Shown: positions 9,819 through 19,937 of the stretch, in pieces
How the letters are laid out: every line of letters begins with the position of its first letter
Numbering within the stretch: the stretch's first letter is position 1
DNA from: a bacterium
GTDB taxonomy: Bacteria > SAR324 > XYD2-FULL-50-16
DNA length: 64,000 bases
Assembly: GCA_032250835.1 (NCBI GenBank)
Contig: JAVVEA010000001.1
Span: 542,765-606,764, forward strand
Direction: 5' to 3'
Program-made: the position numbers and the translations under genes
The notes under the pieces: model-generated
What the model was told of the DNA's origin: nothing
The model's database searches: none
The model's input: the letters and a program-made list of their open reading frames with translations, nothing else

Positions 9819-9891
9819 CCGGCAACCCTCGCCCCAGAGCGGGCCCCGCTGGGAAATTAAGCCCTAAAAGCCGCGGTCAAACCGCTGGCCC

Positions 9892-10785
9892 CTACCCAGC
9901 GCCGATGCCGCCCCTTAACCCCAGAAAAAAGTCCTTTGGTGGCGCGCCGTGGTAGCGTTTGAACTCGCGGCTAAACTGGCTGACGCTTTCGTAGCCCACC
10001 TTGCGGGCCGCCTCGTTGACCCTCAGGCCGCTTTCGGTAATAAAGGTCCGGGCTTTGAGCAGGCGGATTTGTTTTAAGTATTGGATCGGTGAGGAATCGG
10101 TGACCTCTTTAAAAGTATGGTGGAAGGAGGAAACGCTCATGTTGACGGTCTTGGCCAGGGCTTCCACGTCCAGGGGTCGGTCGAAGTTAACGTGGATTTC
10201 CTTGAGCGCCATGTCGATTTTGGAGAGGTTGGTGTTGCGCATAGCTAGGGCATAAAGAGGTGCCGCCTTTTCGTCCTTGAGCAACTGAAAAATCAATTCC
10301 CTTAATATCCCTTCGCCTAAAATTTTGGTTTCCGTTGGCTTTTGCAGCAGCTGAACCAGCCGGAAAAGGATGTCTTTAAGCGCCGGGACGAGGTCCGCAA
10401 TATAAAGCCCGCAATCCTTTTCGCTGGATTTATACCGGCTGAAGTCAACGGAACTGCCCATCAAATGGATGATGTTATTTAAGGTCGGGATGTCGATATC
10501 CAAAACCAACGCCAGCAAAGGCTTACCGGGCTTGATGGAAGTTTCGCAGGCTAAAGGTAGCGGGACGGTGAGCACCAGATACTTGGCTGGATCGTAGGAT
10601 AGGACCAAATCTTTAGCGTAAATTTTCTTTTCTCCTTGAAGGACAAAGATAATCCCTTGATTATATAACAACGTAGCCCTTCCATGGGAGTGGTCGTCTT
10701 TGTAGATACCCACCTGGGGCAATAAAGTCTGGTTGTAGCCCTGCTTAACCGCCAGCTGAGCGGCCAAATGAATGATTTGTTGCAC
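9892..10785 (-). CDS. AraC family regulator (YqhC-like)
   Basis: QGEK, YLVLTVPLP N-domain; MSVSSFHHTFK..SPIQYLK; VGYESVSQFSREFKR; GTG start inferred. Confidence 0.9.
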   Translation of the reverse strand: MQQIIHLAAQLAVKQGYNQTLLPQVGIYKDDHSHGRATLLYNQGIIFVLQGEKKIYAKDLVLSYDPAKYLVLTVPLPLACETSIKPGKPLLALVLDIDIPTLNNIIHLMGSSVDFSRYKSSEKDCGLYIADLVPALKDILFRLVQLLQKPTETKILGEGILRELIFQLLKDEKAAPLYALAMRNTNLSKIDMALKEIHVNFDRPLDVEALAKTVNMSVSSFHHTFKEVTDSSPIQYLKQIRLLKARTFITESGLRVNEAARKVGYESVSQFSREFKRYHGAPPKDFFLGLRGGIGAG

Positions 10786-10860
10786 CTTACGCTCCACTTC
10801 CTGTTTTCTTAAAGGATAACACACAATCCCCTTTGCGGCATGCCTAAAAATACAAATTTT

Positions 10861-10890
10861 GCAGGAATAGGTATGAAATAGGCAGGTTTG
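10861..10890. promoter_or_regulatory. Putative AraC-type operator (GCAGG direct repeats 21 bp apart)
   Basis: GCAGG at 10861 and 10882 between the divergent AraC and SDR genes. Confidence 0.4.
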
Positions 10891-10964
10891 TGTATTTAAA
10901 CTCAAGGTAGCCTGGATATAACATAAAGGCACAAATTCAAAAACCTCAAGCTACAGGAACCCAA

Positions 10965-11939
10965 ATGGCAGAACCCATCAAAACGCTCTACTTACCCTCG
11001 GTCTTAGAAAAGCACGCCCAAGACCTGAGCGGCAAAGTGGTGGCCATCACCGGCACGACCAGCGGAACCGGCTTTATCGCCGCCCGGGAACTGGCCAAAA
11101 AAGGCGCAGAGGTGATCTTGTTAAACCGCGAAAGCCCCCGCGCCGAGCAGGCCTTAAAAGACCTCCAAGCGGCGGTCCCTGGGGCAGAATTTGAGGCCAT
11201 CCCCTGCGACTTAGCCAGCTTCAAAAGCGTAAATCAGGCCTGCGAGCGCATTTTGTCCAACCACGGGGTTCTCGACGTGCTGATCAACAACGCTGCCGTG
11301 ATGGCCCTAAAAGACTACGCCACCGAAGACGGCTGTGACATCCAAATGCAAACCAATGTCCTCTCGCATTTCTTGATCACCCGGCGGTTGTTCCCTTTGC
11401 TGAAAAAAAGCCGCCAGGGCCGCATCGTCAACCATTCGTCTATGGCGCGGATGGGCGAGCCCTTAGAGCTAAAATACTTTGGTAAAAATGGCGGGGAGCT
11501 GGGCGGCGACGGCACCGAGCAAGACAATCTGGGCTTTACCGGACCCCGGTGGCAACGCTACCACCAAAGCAAACTGGCCAACTTTGCCTTCACCTATGCC
11601 TTAAAAGCTCGTCTCGAACAGGCAGGCATCAACCACGTCATCACGCTGGTCGCCCATCCTGGGTTGGCCTTGACCAGCTTGGCGGCGACGACGGCCAAAA
11701 CGGGCGGCATGGATAAAGACGCGGAGTTGATGACCCAAGCCCAGTCAGCCGAAGACGGCGCGGCGGGGATCATCCGCGCGGCCATGGACCCTCAAGCCAA
11801 GTCCGGTGATTTTTATGGCCCAGAGCTTTGGACCGGCTTTCCAGACCTACGCGAGCCTGAAGCAGAACTCCTCAGCCGAGAAAACCTCGAAACCACCTGG
11901 AAGGGCTGCGAAGCTGCCGTAGGAACCTTTACTCTCTAG
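10965..11939 (+). CDS. Short-chain dehydrogenase/reductase
   Basis: ITGTTSGTG, LINNAAVM, YHQSKLAN (YxxxK), AHPG. Confidence 0.92.
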   Translation: MAEPIKTLYLPSVLEKHAQDLSGKVVAITGTTSGTGFIAARELAKKGAEVILLNRESPRAEQALKDLQAAVPGAEFEAIPCDLASFKSVNQACERILSNHGVLDVLINNAAVMALKDYATEDGCDIQMQTNVLSHFLITRRLFPLLKKSRQGRIVNHSSMARMGEPLELKYFGKNGGELGGDGTEQDNLGFTGPRWQRYHQSKLANFAFTYALKARLEQAGINHVITLVAHPGLALTSLAATTAKTGGMDKDAELMTQAQSAEDGAAGIIRAAMDPQAKSGDFYGPELWTGFPDLREPEAELLSRENLETTWKGCEAAVGTFTL

Positions 11940-12225
11940 CACCCAAGGGCCCCCGCGGCCTGGGGGTCCAATCCATCGTTCCGCATCATTCCGGCCCGAG
12001 AGGCCTGATTTAATCCAGCTAAATGCGGAGTGAATGGGTCGCGAAAAAACCTAACCTTCCGCCGAACCGGAGGGGTGCCCCATAAAGTCCAGGGTCTAGC
12101 TCTGGTCCCTCCTGGCCCCAGTACGGAGGTTAGGGGACTGGTGGTGTTTTTTCAGGTAAGAACTCCTGACCCTCCCTTTTTTTCAGATTATCTATCTGAT
12201 TACATTTGACTTTAAAAATTACCAC

Positions 12226-12280
12226 TTTACAGACCGACGGTCGGTCGATTATATTTTAATCACACCGACTAACGGTCGGT
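12226..12280 (+). promoter_or_regulatory. Promoter with two TetR-type operators
   Basis: TTTACA..TATATT flanking palindrome GACCGAC-G-GTCGGTC (12232-12246); second site ACCGAC-N5-GTCGGT (12264-12280). Confidence 0.7.
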
Positions 12281-12319
12281 TTGCTTCTGTTCAAGGGATC
12301 ATTTACCCAAAAGGTCGCC

Positions 12320-12946
12320 GTGGCTCGAACCGTAAAAAAAGCTTCCGAAAGACGCGCTGAAATCATTCAAGCTGCCCGAGAGCATTTCCAGACGGAAGAT
12401 TTCCAAAAGCTCACGATGCAGAACTTGATGGAAAAGCTGAATATCGCCAAAGGCACGATCTATCATCACTTTAAATCTAAAGAAGAGATCCTTGAAGCGG
12501 TCGTGGAAGAGATGGTCGATGAAGAAGTGGCCCACCTCCGGGCTTTGCTCAAGGAGCATCAAGACCTAGCACCCATCGAAAAATTGGCCCTGTTGATTGC
12601 CGCAGGGCAAATGGCCGACGACCATGAAAAGCTTCTCGAAAACCTCCACCACCCCGAAAACGCAGCGATCCATGCCAGGCAGTTGGCCCGCCTTTTGTTA
12701 AAGATAGCGCCGCTTTATGCCTCGGTGATCCAAGAAGGCGTTCAAAAGGGGGTGTTTAAAACGGACCACCCCTTAGAATGCGCCGAATTGCTGCTCGGCG
12801 GCATCCAATTCCTAACCGATGAAGGTTTTTATCCCTGGGAAGCAGCGCACATATTGCGCCGGATGAACGCCATTCCCAGTATGGTTGAGAACTTGTTGGG
12901 AGCGCCGGTCGGCTCCTTTAACTTCTTAAACCAGGAGGCCCCATGA
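12320..12946 (+). CDS. TetR/AcrR family regulator
   Basis: IAKGTIYHHFKSKEEIL HTH; GTG start inferred. Confidence 0.92.
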   Translation: MARTVKKASERRAEIIQAAREHFQTEDFQKLTMQNLMEKLNIAKGTIYHHFKSKEEILEAVVEEMVDEEVAHLRALLKEHQDLAPIEKLALLIAAGQMADDHEKLLENLHHPENAAIHARQLARLLLKIAPLYASVIQEGVQKGVFKTDHPLECAELLLGGIQFLTDEGFYPWEAAHILRRMNAIPSMVENLLGAPVGSFNFLNQEAP

Positions 12947-13115
12947 ATCGTTGGATTGACCAAGACCCCTTGGTGGATTGAGCGCCATCGCCGGGATCAG
13001 TGCGCTATTAGCCGATCTGTTGCTTCTACCGGCGCTGCTAACGACCTTTAACGTCACCTTTGCCGGGGACCGGCCAGCATCTAAGGTGCCCTTCGACAAA
13101 GGAGTAGTGCAATGA
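12943..13115 (+). pseudogene. Internally deleted MMPL/RND transporter remnant
   Basis: ATG overlaps TetR stop; shifted frame reads GGLSAIAGISALLADLLLLPALL, like the last TM helix of MMPL proteins. Confidence 0.6.
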
Positions 13116-13254
13116 GTTGGTCATACCAGCTTAAAAATCGGGTGGGTCTTCTGGGGCAGCGAGCTTCCCAACAGATGCTCCGGCGCAAAGGGGGATCAAG
13201 AATCCCCAAAAACCAACAATGAATCCGTCTCATCATAAAACAAAGGGGAAGGCC

Positions 13255-14502
13255 ATGTGCATTCAAGGGAAGATATTCAAACGGATGATGCTGCTGGTCC
13301 TTATCGTTCTGGCCACCCCAGCCCAAGCCATCGAACGCCGCAGAGCGCAGTTTTACACCGAAGAAAGTTACATGATCTTGCCCCTGCCCTACAGTATTCC
13401 AGGGATTGGTTCGGGACTGATGGGTATTGGCCTGCTGGGGAACGTGGGCGGGACCCACGCGGATGTCTACGCCCTGCAAATCACGGGCGACGCAACCGGC
13501 ACCATCGCCGCGCTAGAAGAGGTGCACCTCATCCCTGAAACCCTCTGGGTCAGTTACTTTATCCAAGACCTGAGTCGTGCAGCCATTAACATCTACGAAA
13601 AACGGGGCATGGACACCCAGAAGGACGACTACCGCTTAGTAGAAGTCAACCAAGCCGACACGCGCCAGCCGGGGGTTACCTTGAGCCTGTGGGAGCGCCG
13701 GATTGAGCTTTCCTACCTGCACTTCGTCCAAAATGCTGCGGTCACCAAGATATACACGCCTGATGAAGAATTGATCAGTGAGTTTAGCCCCGCCTATGAA
13801 TTTACCTCCGAGGCCACCTATATGATCGGGGTACTGGACTACACCGACGACAAACAAGACCCTCGGGTAGGTTTTCGCTTAGACTATACCCGCAGCCAGT
13901 CCCCGGCGACCAGCGAAGTCAACCCAGACTATTATACCAGCAACGCCGGGGCCAGTGTGTACCTACCAGTCGGCAAGGCCAGCACCTGGGTGTTTAACTA
14001 TTACCAGTCCGATGCGGTGGTGACCCGAGAGGGCATCACCGATGAAGCCTACATCATCAACGAACTGGGTTTTAGCTGCGCCGACTCGGACACCACCTGT
14101 TTGGCCACCCAAGCCGACTTTGTGGCCGATTACCAAGCCCAGCGTAAATATGGCACCGCCGATAGCCTAGGCGGGCAAAATCGCCTCCGGGCCTATCCCC
14201 AGGGGCGCTACCAAGCAGCCCATATGCTTTACTATGGCACAGAGTTTCGCTGGAACTTTAACGAAGAGGTAACCCCCTTCGACTGGTGGATCTGGAAAGA
14301 CGTTTCCACGGGCCTGCAACTGGCCTTTTTCTACGAAGCGGGCACCGTGGCCGAGCTCAAAAGCGACCTGGGCACCGCCATGCGCAGCAGCTCCGGCGTA
14401 GGCCTTCGGATGGTGTCGGGTTCGGGATATGTTTACCGGTTCGACGTCGCCTCGGGCCAAGAAGGCAGCAACACCACCATGATCTTTGCCTACCCTTGGT
14501 AG
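13255..14502 (+). CDS. Outer-membrane beta-barrel protein (BamA/TamA surface-antigen-like)
   Basis: Signal peptide; LGGQNRLRAYPQGRY, GTEFRWN, SSGVGLR, C-terminal aromatic YPW. Confidence 0.7.
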   Translation: MCIQGKIFKRMMLLVLIVLATPAQAIERRRAQFYTEESYMILPLPYSIPGIGSGLMGIGLLGNVGGTHADVYALQITGDATGTIAALEEVHLIPETLWVSYFIQDLSRAAINIYEKRGMDTQKDDYRLVEVNQADTRQPGVTLSLWERRIELSYLHFVQNAAVTKIYTPDEELISEFSPAYEFTSEATYMIGVLDYTDDKQDPRVGFRLDYTRSQSPATSEVNPDYYTSNAGASVYLPVGKASTWVFNYYQSDAVVTREGITDEAYIINELGFSCADSDTTCLATQADFVADYQAQRKYGTADSLGGQNRLRAYPQGRYQAAHMLYYGTEFRWNFNEEVTPFDWWIWKDVSTGLQLAFFYEAGTVAELKSDLGTAMRSSSGVGLRMVSGSGYVYRFDVASGQEGSNTTMIFAYPW

Positions 14503-14724
14503 GTCTGGATACCCAGGTCAGGCCCTAATAGCGCCAAAGTGGCCCCGTTCTCATTGGAAATGAGTTTAGAGAAATGCTGTCGGTGCTTTTGGGTTTCGGC
14601 GGTTCCAAGCAACTAAGGCAAAATAGGGTGCCCCTGACGGGGGGCTTAAAAGAAGCTCAGGGGGATCTAGCTTTTTATTTGGCTCGGTGTGAAAATAGCG
14701 GCGAACCTTCTTGCAGGAAACGCT

Positions 14725-15186
14725 ATGGAACACCTTACTGACCTTCTTAAAGAAGAGCGCCGCTGGCTGACGTTGGCGGTTTCGCATATCATTCTGGCCG
14801 ATGGTGTGGCTGAAACCATCGAAAAAGAATACCTAAAAAAACTCATGCGCAACATTTTTCTTGGCGATACCAAGGAGGTCTTACCGGAAATCCAGGCCCT
14901 TTTCCGCGCCAAGACCCTGCCGCCGCTCGAAAAAATCAAGGTATCCGACCTCGACCACCTGATTTACATGCTCGACATCATAGCCTTTTCGGTCTTTGTT
15001 AACGGCAAAAAGCCGCAGACTCAAACGGCCAAGTATTTTGAGGCCGGCAAGGCGTTGGGGGTGAATATAGGAACCCTGTCTTTTCGTCTGAGCTTAGAGG
15101 CCGAAAAATTCCGGGTGGAGCGTAAGCTAGAACAGATAAAATTGGACATAAAAAAGGACCGCATGAGAACCTTGCAGGTCGACTAA
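14725..15186 (+). CDS. TerB-like hypothetical protein
   Basis: AVSHIILADG..E.IEKEYL resembles TerB fold. Confidence 0.55.
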   Translation: MEHLTDLLKEERRWLTLAVSHIILADGVAETIEKEYLKKLMRNIFLGDTKEVLPEIQALFRAKTLPPLEKIKVSDLDHLIYMLDIIAFSVFVNGKKPQTQTAKYFEAGKALGVNIGTLSFRLSLEAEKFRVERKLEQIKLDIKKDRMRTLQVD

Positions 15187-15269
15187 ATCCTGTTTGATCT
15201 TGAAATCTATTACCTAACTATACTCGGACGCTTGGTCCGGCCTGTTTTGAGCTAACCCCCAATCGGAGG

Positions 15270-16343
15270 TTATTTTAGAGGCTGGTGCAAGCTTAAAAAG
15301 ACATCCGATTGGTGGTATTCGATTTGTGATTTGATCCGCTCGATCTCCACGGCCTCGTTGCCCGCATCTTTGATCATCGCCAAGGCCGCATTTAGCTCTA
15401 AGATGTCCGGTGCCCGTCCCAAGGCGGAGCGGTAGGTGTTACGGATGCGCTCTAGCCTCATGGGAGTCGCTACCTCTAATAAGCTCTTGATGGTCTCGAT
15501 CCCCCGGCTTTGAAGAAGCTTTAAAATCGGGTTCAGGTCTTTTATGGCGCATTTCACCCCGATTTCCATGAATACCTTGGGTAGGTTTTCAAAAGCCAGC
15601 AGGTCGGAATCTTGGTAGGTAGCGATTTCTTGGTTATGGATCAGTTCTTCGTACAAAAGGTTAAACTGCTCGTCGATGGCGCTGATCTGCCTACTTAAAA
15701 TTTGCAATCTCCGTTTTGCTGAGAAGTGGGTTCGGTTTTCTGGTTTATAGGCCAGAACATGCTCCAACTCACTCCAAAGCTCTTGGGCCATGGTTCTAAC
15801 CTGAATCTCAAAGTAGGGCCGCTCCTGGATAGGCACCGAGCTATTGGCCAGACGTACCGTATAATGCACCGAGGTATAGCCGCTTTCTTTGCTTTTCTGC
15901 TCGATGTGCGTCAGGCCAAACCGGCTGTGTAACTCAGGGCTGATGTAGGCTTCTGGCAAAAAGGACTCAGAAAGCTCAAAGAGCCCCGAACTACGGATTT
16001 CCTTGTCGATCAACGGTAGCTGCGAAGGAAAATAGACGATCACCCGCACCCCTAGGGCATCGGGCATCTGCAAAAAACTGTTGGGCGAAAGGCCCTCAGG
16101 GAACAGGCGGGGCTTGCGGAAGACCTTATCCACCACCTTTTCGGGGTGTTTGATCCGAACCAGAGACATCCGGATCGGTGAAGGCGTAGCGACCCCCTGG
16201 CTGAGCGCGTATTTTTCCCAATACTCCGAATGTTCCCATCTTTTTAAGAGCTCTGAAACCTCTTCAAGGGTGGGCTTTAATATGTGCAATTCATATTGCT
16301 CATATTCCCGTAAAAACTTCTTTAGGTCACTGTTTTGCTTCAT
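15270..16343 (-). CDS. RelA/SpoT synthetase-domain protein (small alarmone synthetase-like)
   Basis: RIK..EKVVDK, DALGVRVI, SGYTSVHY, FEIQVRT..QELWSELEH..AYK. Confidence 0.88.
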   Translation of the reverse strand: MKQNSDLKKFLREYEQYELHILKPTLEEVSELLKRWEHSEYWEKYALSQGVATPSPIRMSLVRIKHPEKVVDKVFRKPRLFPEGLSPNSFLQMPDALGVRVIVYFPSQLPLIDKEIRSSGLFELSESFLPEAYISPELHSRFGLTHIEQKSKESGYTSVHYTVRLANSSVPIQERPYFEIQVRTMAQELWSELEHVLAYKPENRTHFSAKRRLQILSRQISAIDEQFNLLYEELIHNQEIATYQDSDLLAFENLPKVFMEIGVKCAIKDLNPILKLLQSRGIETIKSLLEVATPMRLERIRNTYRSALGRAPDILELNAALAMIKDAGNEAVEIERIKSQIEYHQSDVFLSLHQPLK

Positions 16344-16819
16344 ATAGAGCAAGAGGGGAAAGGATTAACAAGCGCCGCTAACCTGTTTTTAATTTATAAA
16401 TCCTCCCAAACGAAGCGCTCGCGTGATTTTAGCTCGCCAAGGGGATTTTGAATAGAAGAAAGGGATTCGCCGAAACCTGGGGAACGGGGGCTTGCTTTTA
16501 AGGGGCAGGCCAGAGCAAATGAGGATAAATTACGAAAAACTTGTTTCTATATTGCCACTCTCAGCCGTTGCGGCCATCATCAAGGGGTTCGTGCGACATC
16601 CCAGGGGGGTCTCAGGCCAGCTCGATGGGCTAGCGCACAGAAAGAGTCAAAAATACTACAACGCACCCAAGGTCCTAAAACCTCCTCACCGAGGCCAAAA
16701 CCTAGCCCCTGCGCCCTTAGAATATCTTAAAGGCTTGCCAACGGTTGAAAGGGCTGTGACATTTTACTTTGATAAAGCTCCCTTCAACTCAATCTCCTCA
16801 GTTAAACCCACCCATACCC

Positions 16820-17149
16820 ATGAGCCAAAACCAAACGCCCTATTTTGTCACCATCGTCACCACTGAATTTTCGGGCAAAGATCCGGTCGGTTATGACCAA
16901 TACCGCGCCGAGCTTTCGGCGGTCGTCTCTAGCCAACCGGGCTTTATGCGGTCCGAGACGGTCCATAATGGGGAGCAGACCGTCAGCCTGACCTACTGGG
17001 AAAGCGAAGCCGCCATGCAGACTTGGGCCTCCTCACCGGCGCACCAAGAAACCAAGAAAAAGAGCCATGCCGGGGGCTGGTATAAGTCCTTACGCCTAGA
17101 AATCGCTCAAGTGACCACCGCCATGGAATTCCCGCCGCGAAAGGGCTGA
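16820..17149 (+). CDS. Antibiotic biosynthesis monooxygenase family protein
   Basis: SQPGF, SLTYWESEAAMQTW...H, WYKS. Confidence 0.85.
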   Translation: MSQNQTPYFVTIVTTEFSGKDPVGYDQYRAELSAVVSSQPGFMRSETVHNGEQTVSLTYWESEAAMQTWASSPAHQETKKKSHAGGWYKSLRLEIAQVTTAMEFPPRKG

Positions 17150-17376
17150 AAACCAGGTCGGCGGCGCGGTGCCAGTTGGGGCAAAAAAGACCGCAGGCTT
17201 GCTGGCAAAGGCCAGCCACAAAGCCTCTGTCCCTAGGACGCCGTCCAGCCCTTGGGGAACCCTCGGGTCTAAAATCCGGTGCCCCTTGGGCGGATTGAAG
17301 GCACGAACCCGCCTCCTCCCGCTGTTTTAGCCAGGGGTTCTAAAGGCCTAGAGCATTCCCCCTATTGGCTTTAGGT

Positions 17377-18267
17377 CTAAGCGAGGGAATTTAGGTAATC
17401 TAAAAAGAGCTGTGCGGTGGGGCTTAGTTTTTTTCCCGTTGGGGTGATCACAAACAAATCGCGCTCTGGCTGCATATGGTCGATCTCTTTGGCCAAGAGT
17501 TGCCCCCTTTTGAGCTCCTCTTCGCTCGAGGCCAGCGAGACAATGGCCACGCCCATTTGATGGGCCACCGCTTTTTTCAGCGCTTCGGCACCGCCCAACT
17601 CGGCCACTACATTTAAATGCCCGGGAGCCAAACCCAGGGCTTTAAACCTCCCCAAAATCACCTCTCTGGTCCCAGAGCTATCCTCACGCAGCAAAAGCGG
17701 CTCCTGGGCCAACTCCTCTAAGGCTATGCTAGAGCGATCCCGCCAGCGGTGATTGGGCGCTAAGATCAAGACCAATCGATCCTTTTTCCAAGCCTTCCAG
17801 CGCAACCCGCCGACCCCCAGCTTAGCCCCCACCAAGCCAATCTCGGCTTGTCCTTCTAGCACCTGATTGCAGACCAGCCGGGTGTTCGAAAGAATCAACC
17901 GGGGCCGGATATGGCCGTTGGCACGGCAGAAGGCGGCCAATAGGCTGGGCAAGATGTAATTTCCCGGTAGGCTGCTGGCGGCGAGCAGCAATTCGGTGGT
18001 TTGGCTGGCCTGTAACTGGCTCAAATCGGCTAGGGCGGCTTCTTTGAGGGCTAAGATTTGGGTCGCGTAGTTGGCCAAAGTTTTTCCGGCTAAAGTCAGC
18101 CGCACTCCGTGGCTGCCCCGCTGGAACAGGGCTTGGCCAAATTGTTTTTCTAAGGCGGCAATGGCTTCGCTCACTCGGGGCTGTGAAAGCCCCAAACTCT
18201 TGGCCGTGGCGGTAAAGCTTTGGGCCTCGATCAAGGCCAGAAATATTTTTAGCTGCGCGTCTTTCAT
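17377..18267 (-). CDS. LysR family regulator (CysL/selenium metabolism-associated type)
   Basis: SFTATAKSLGLSQPRVS HTH; AASSLPGNYILP; REDSSGTR. Confidence 0.9.
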   Translation of the reverse strand: MKDAQLKIFLALIEAQSFTATAKSLGLSQPRVSEAIAALEKQFGQALFQRGSHGVRLTLAGKTLANYATQILALKEAALADLSQLQASQTTELLLAASSLPGNYILPSLLAAFCRANGHIRPRLILSNTRLVCNQVLEGQAEIGLVGAKLGVGGLRWKAWKKDRLVLILAPNHRWRDRSSIALEELAQEPLLLREDSSGTREVILGRFKALGLAPGHLNVVAELGGAEALKKAVAHQMGVAIVSLASSEEELKRGQLLAKEIDHMQPERDLFVITPTGKKLSPTAQLFLDYLNSLA

Positions 18268-18277
18268 GGGCTCACAA

Positions 18278-18294
18278 TATCGCCTAATCCGATA
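18278..18294. promoter_or_regulatory. Putative LysR box (TATCG-N7-CGATA, contains T-N11-A)
   Basis: Interrupted palindrome between the divergent LysR and ABC operon. Confidence 0.55.
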
Positions 18295-18421
18295 ATTTTC
18301 ATCCTAAATATACGATAACCCGTATGGTCGTAAAAAGAGTGTTCCCAAAAATTGTCTTCGCCCCTAAATGCTGATAGGAATCCAGATCAACCCATTTTTT
18401 AGAATCCCTAGGAAGACCTAC

Positions 18422-19276
18422 ATGAAAGCTTTATTCACCCTCTTAGTTTCCCTTTTATTGTTGGCTCAGCCCTTGTTGGCTTTAGAGCTAAAGTTTAGTG
18501 CCATCCCCGACCAAGATACGGACCGCTTAGAGCAGCGGTTCTCCAAGGTGGCCCAATACCTTAGTGAGAAGTTACAAATCAAGGTAACCTACGTCCCCGT
18601 AAAGTCTTATGCCGCCTCGGTGGCCGCCTTTAAGAACAATGAGATCCAGCTGAGCTGGTTTGGGGGGCTTTCTGGGGTGCAAGCGCGGTTGGCGGTCCCG
18701 GGCTCAACGGCCATCGCCCAAGGCAAAGAGGATCAAGAATTTGTGACCTATTTTATCGCCCACCACAGCACCGGCTTAAAGCCCGCCGCCGAACTGCCCA
18801 AAGCCCTGACCGGTAAGACCTTTACCTTCGGTTCAAAAGGCTCCACTTCGGGCCGCTTGATGCCTGAGTATTATCTCCGCGAACAGTTTAAGCAGGACCC
18901 CAGGGAGTTGTTCAAACGAGTCGGCTTTAGCGGGGACCACTCCAAAACCATTGCCTTAGTGCAGTCCGGTGCCTACCAAGTTGGGGCCGTGAATTTTCAG
19001 GTCTATGAGCAGGAACTAAAAGAAGGCAAGGTTGACCCGAAAAAGGTCCGCGTGATCTGGAAAACCCCCACCTACCCTGATTACAACTGGTCGATTAGAG
19101 GAGATGTAGACGAGGTTTATGGAGCGGGATTTACCAAAAAAGTCCAACAGGCCCTGCTTGAACTTACCGACCCCGACATCTTGGCCAGCTTCCCCCGAAG
19201 CGCCTTTATTGAGGCCGACAACGGGCTGTATGAGCCTATTTTGACAACCGGCGAGGCCATTGGGATCTTGCGCTAA
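18422..19276 (+). CDS. PhnD-like ABC substrate-binding protein (putative selenate transporter family)
   Basis: FSAIPDQD, WFGGLSGVQAR, FTFGSKGSTSGRLMP, GFSGDHSKT, TPTYPDYNW. Confidence 0.85.
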   Translation: MKALFTLLVSLLLLAQPLLALELKFSAIPDQDTDRLEQRFSKVAQYLSEKLQIKVTYVPVKSYAASVAAFKNNEIQLSWFGGLSGVQARLAVPGSTAIAQGKEDQEFVTYFIAHHSTGLKPAAELPKALTGKTFTFGSKGSTSGRLMPEYYLREQFKQDPRELFKRVGFSGDHSKTIALVQSGAYQVGAVNFQVYEQELKEGKVDPKKVRVIWKTPTYPDYNWSIRGDVDEVYGAGFTKKVQQALLELTDPDILASFPRSAFIEADNGLYEPILTTGEAIGILR

Positions 19277-19277
19277 C

Positions 19278-19937
19278 ATGCAGCCGATCTTTGACCTTAA
19301 GGGCTTTAATCTCGACTTTGGGGAACATCAAGTCCTTAAAGGCATTAACCTAAAGATCGAAAGAGGGGAAAAAGTCGCGCTTATCGGCCCCAGTGGGGCC
19401 GGTAAGACGACTTTGTTAAAGGAGCTATTTGCCCAAGCCGCAGAGCCCAAGGCCTTTGTTCCCCAAGCCCAGGCGATGGTGGCGCAACTGAGCCTCTTCC
19501 ACAATGTCTATATAGGGGCCTTGGACCACCACTCCTTTTTTGTGAATCTGCTGAACTTACTGGTCCCGCAAGCAAAAATGAAGCAGAAGATCCTGCCGAT
19601 TTTGCGGAACCTGGGGATTGAGCAACGAATCTTTGAATCCATTGGCTCCTTTTCGGGCGGCGAGCAACAGCGGGCCGCCATAGCCAGGGGACTGTTTCGG
19701 CCCGCAGATTTATTGCTGGCCGATGAACCCGTTTCTTCCTTGGACCCGGTTAAGGCAGGCTCGGCTATCGACCTGATGCTGCGCGAAAAAGAAACGGTGA
19801 TCCTGTCGCTGCATTCGGTTGACCTAGCCTTAAGCAAAGCCCAGCGAATCATCGGCCTGAAGGCCGGTCAAATCCTCTTTGACCGGCCCCAGGGTGCGGT
19901 AACCCCAGCGGACCTCAAGCAGCTATACCAGCCATGA
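19278..19937 (+). CDS. PhnC-like ABC ATP-binding protein
   Basis: GPSGAGKTT, SGGEQQR, LLADEPVSSLDP. Confidence 0.92.
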   Translation: MQPIFDLKGFNLDFGEHQVLKGINLKIERGEKVALIGPSGAGKTTLLKELFAQAAEPKAFVPQAQAMVAQLSLFHNVYIGALDHHSFFVNLLNLLVPQAKMKQKILPILRNLGIEQRIFESIGSFSGGEQQRAAIARGLFRPADLLLADEPVSSLDPVKAGSAIDLMLREKETVILSLHSVDLALSKAQRIIGLKAGQILFDRPQGAVTPADLKQLYQP

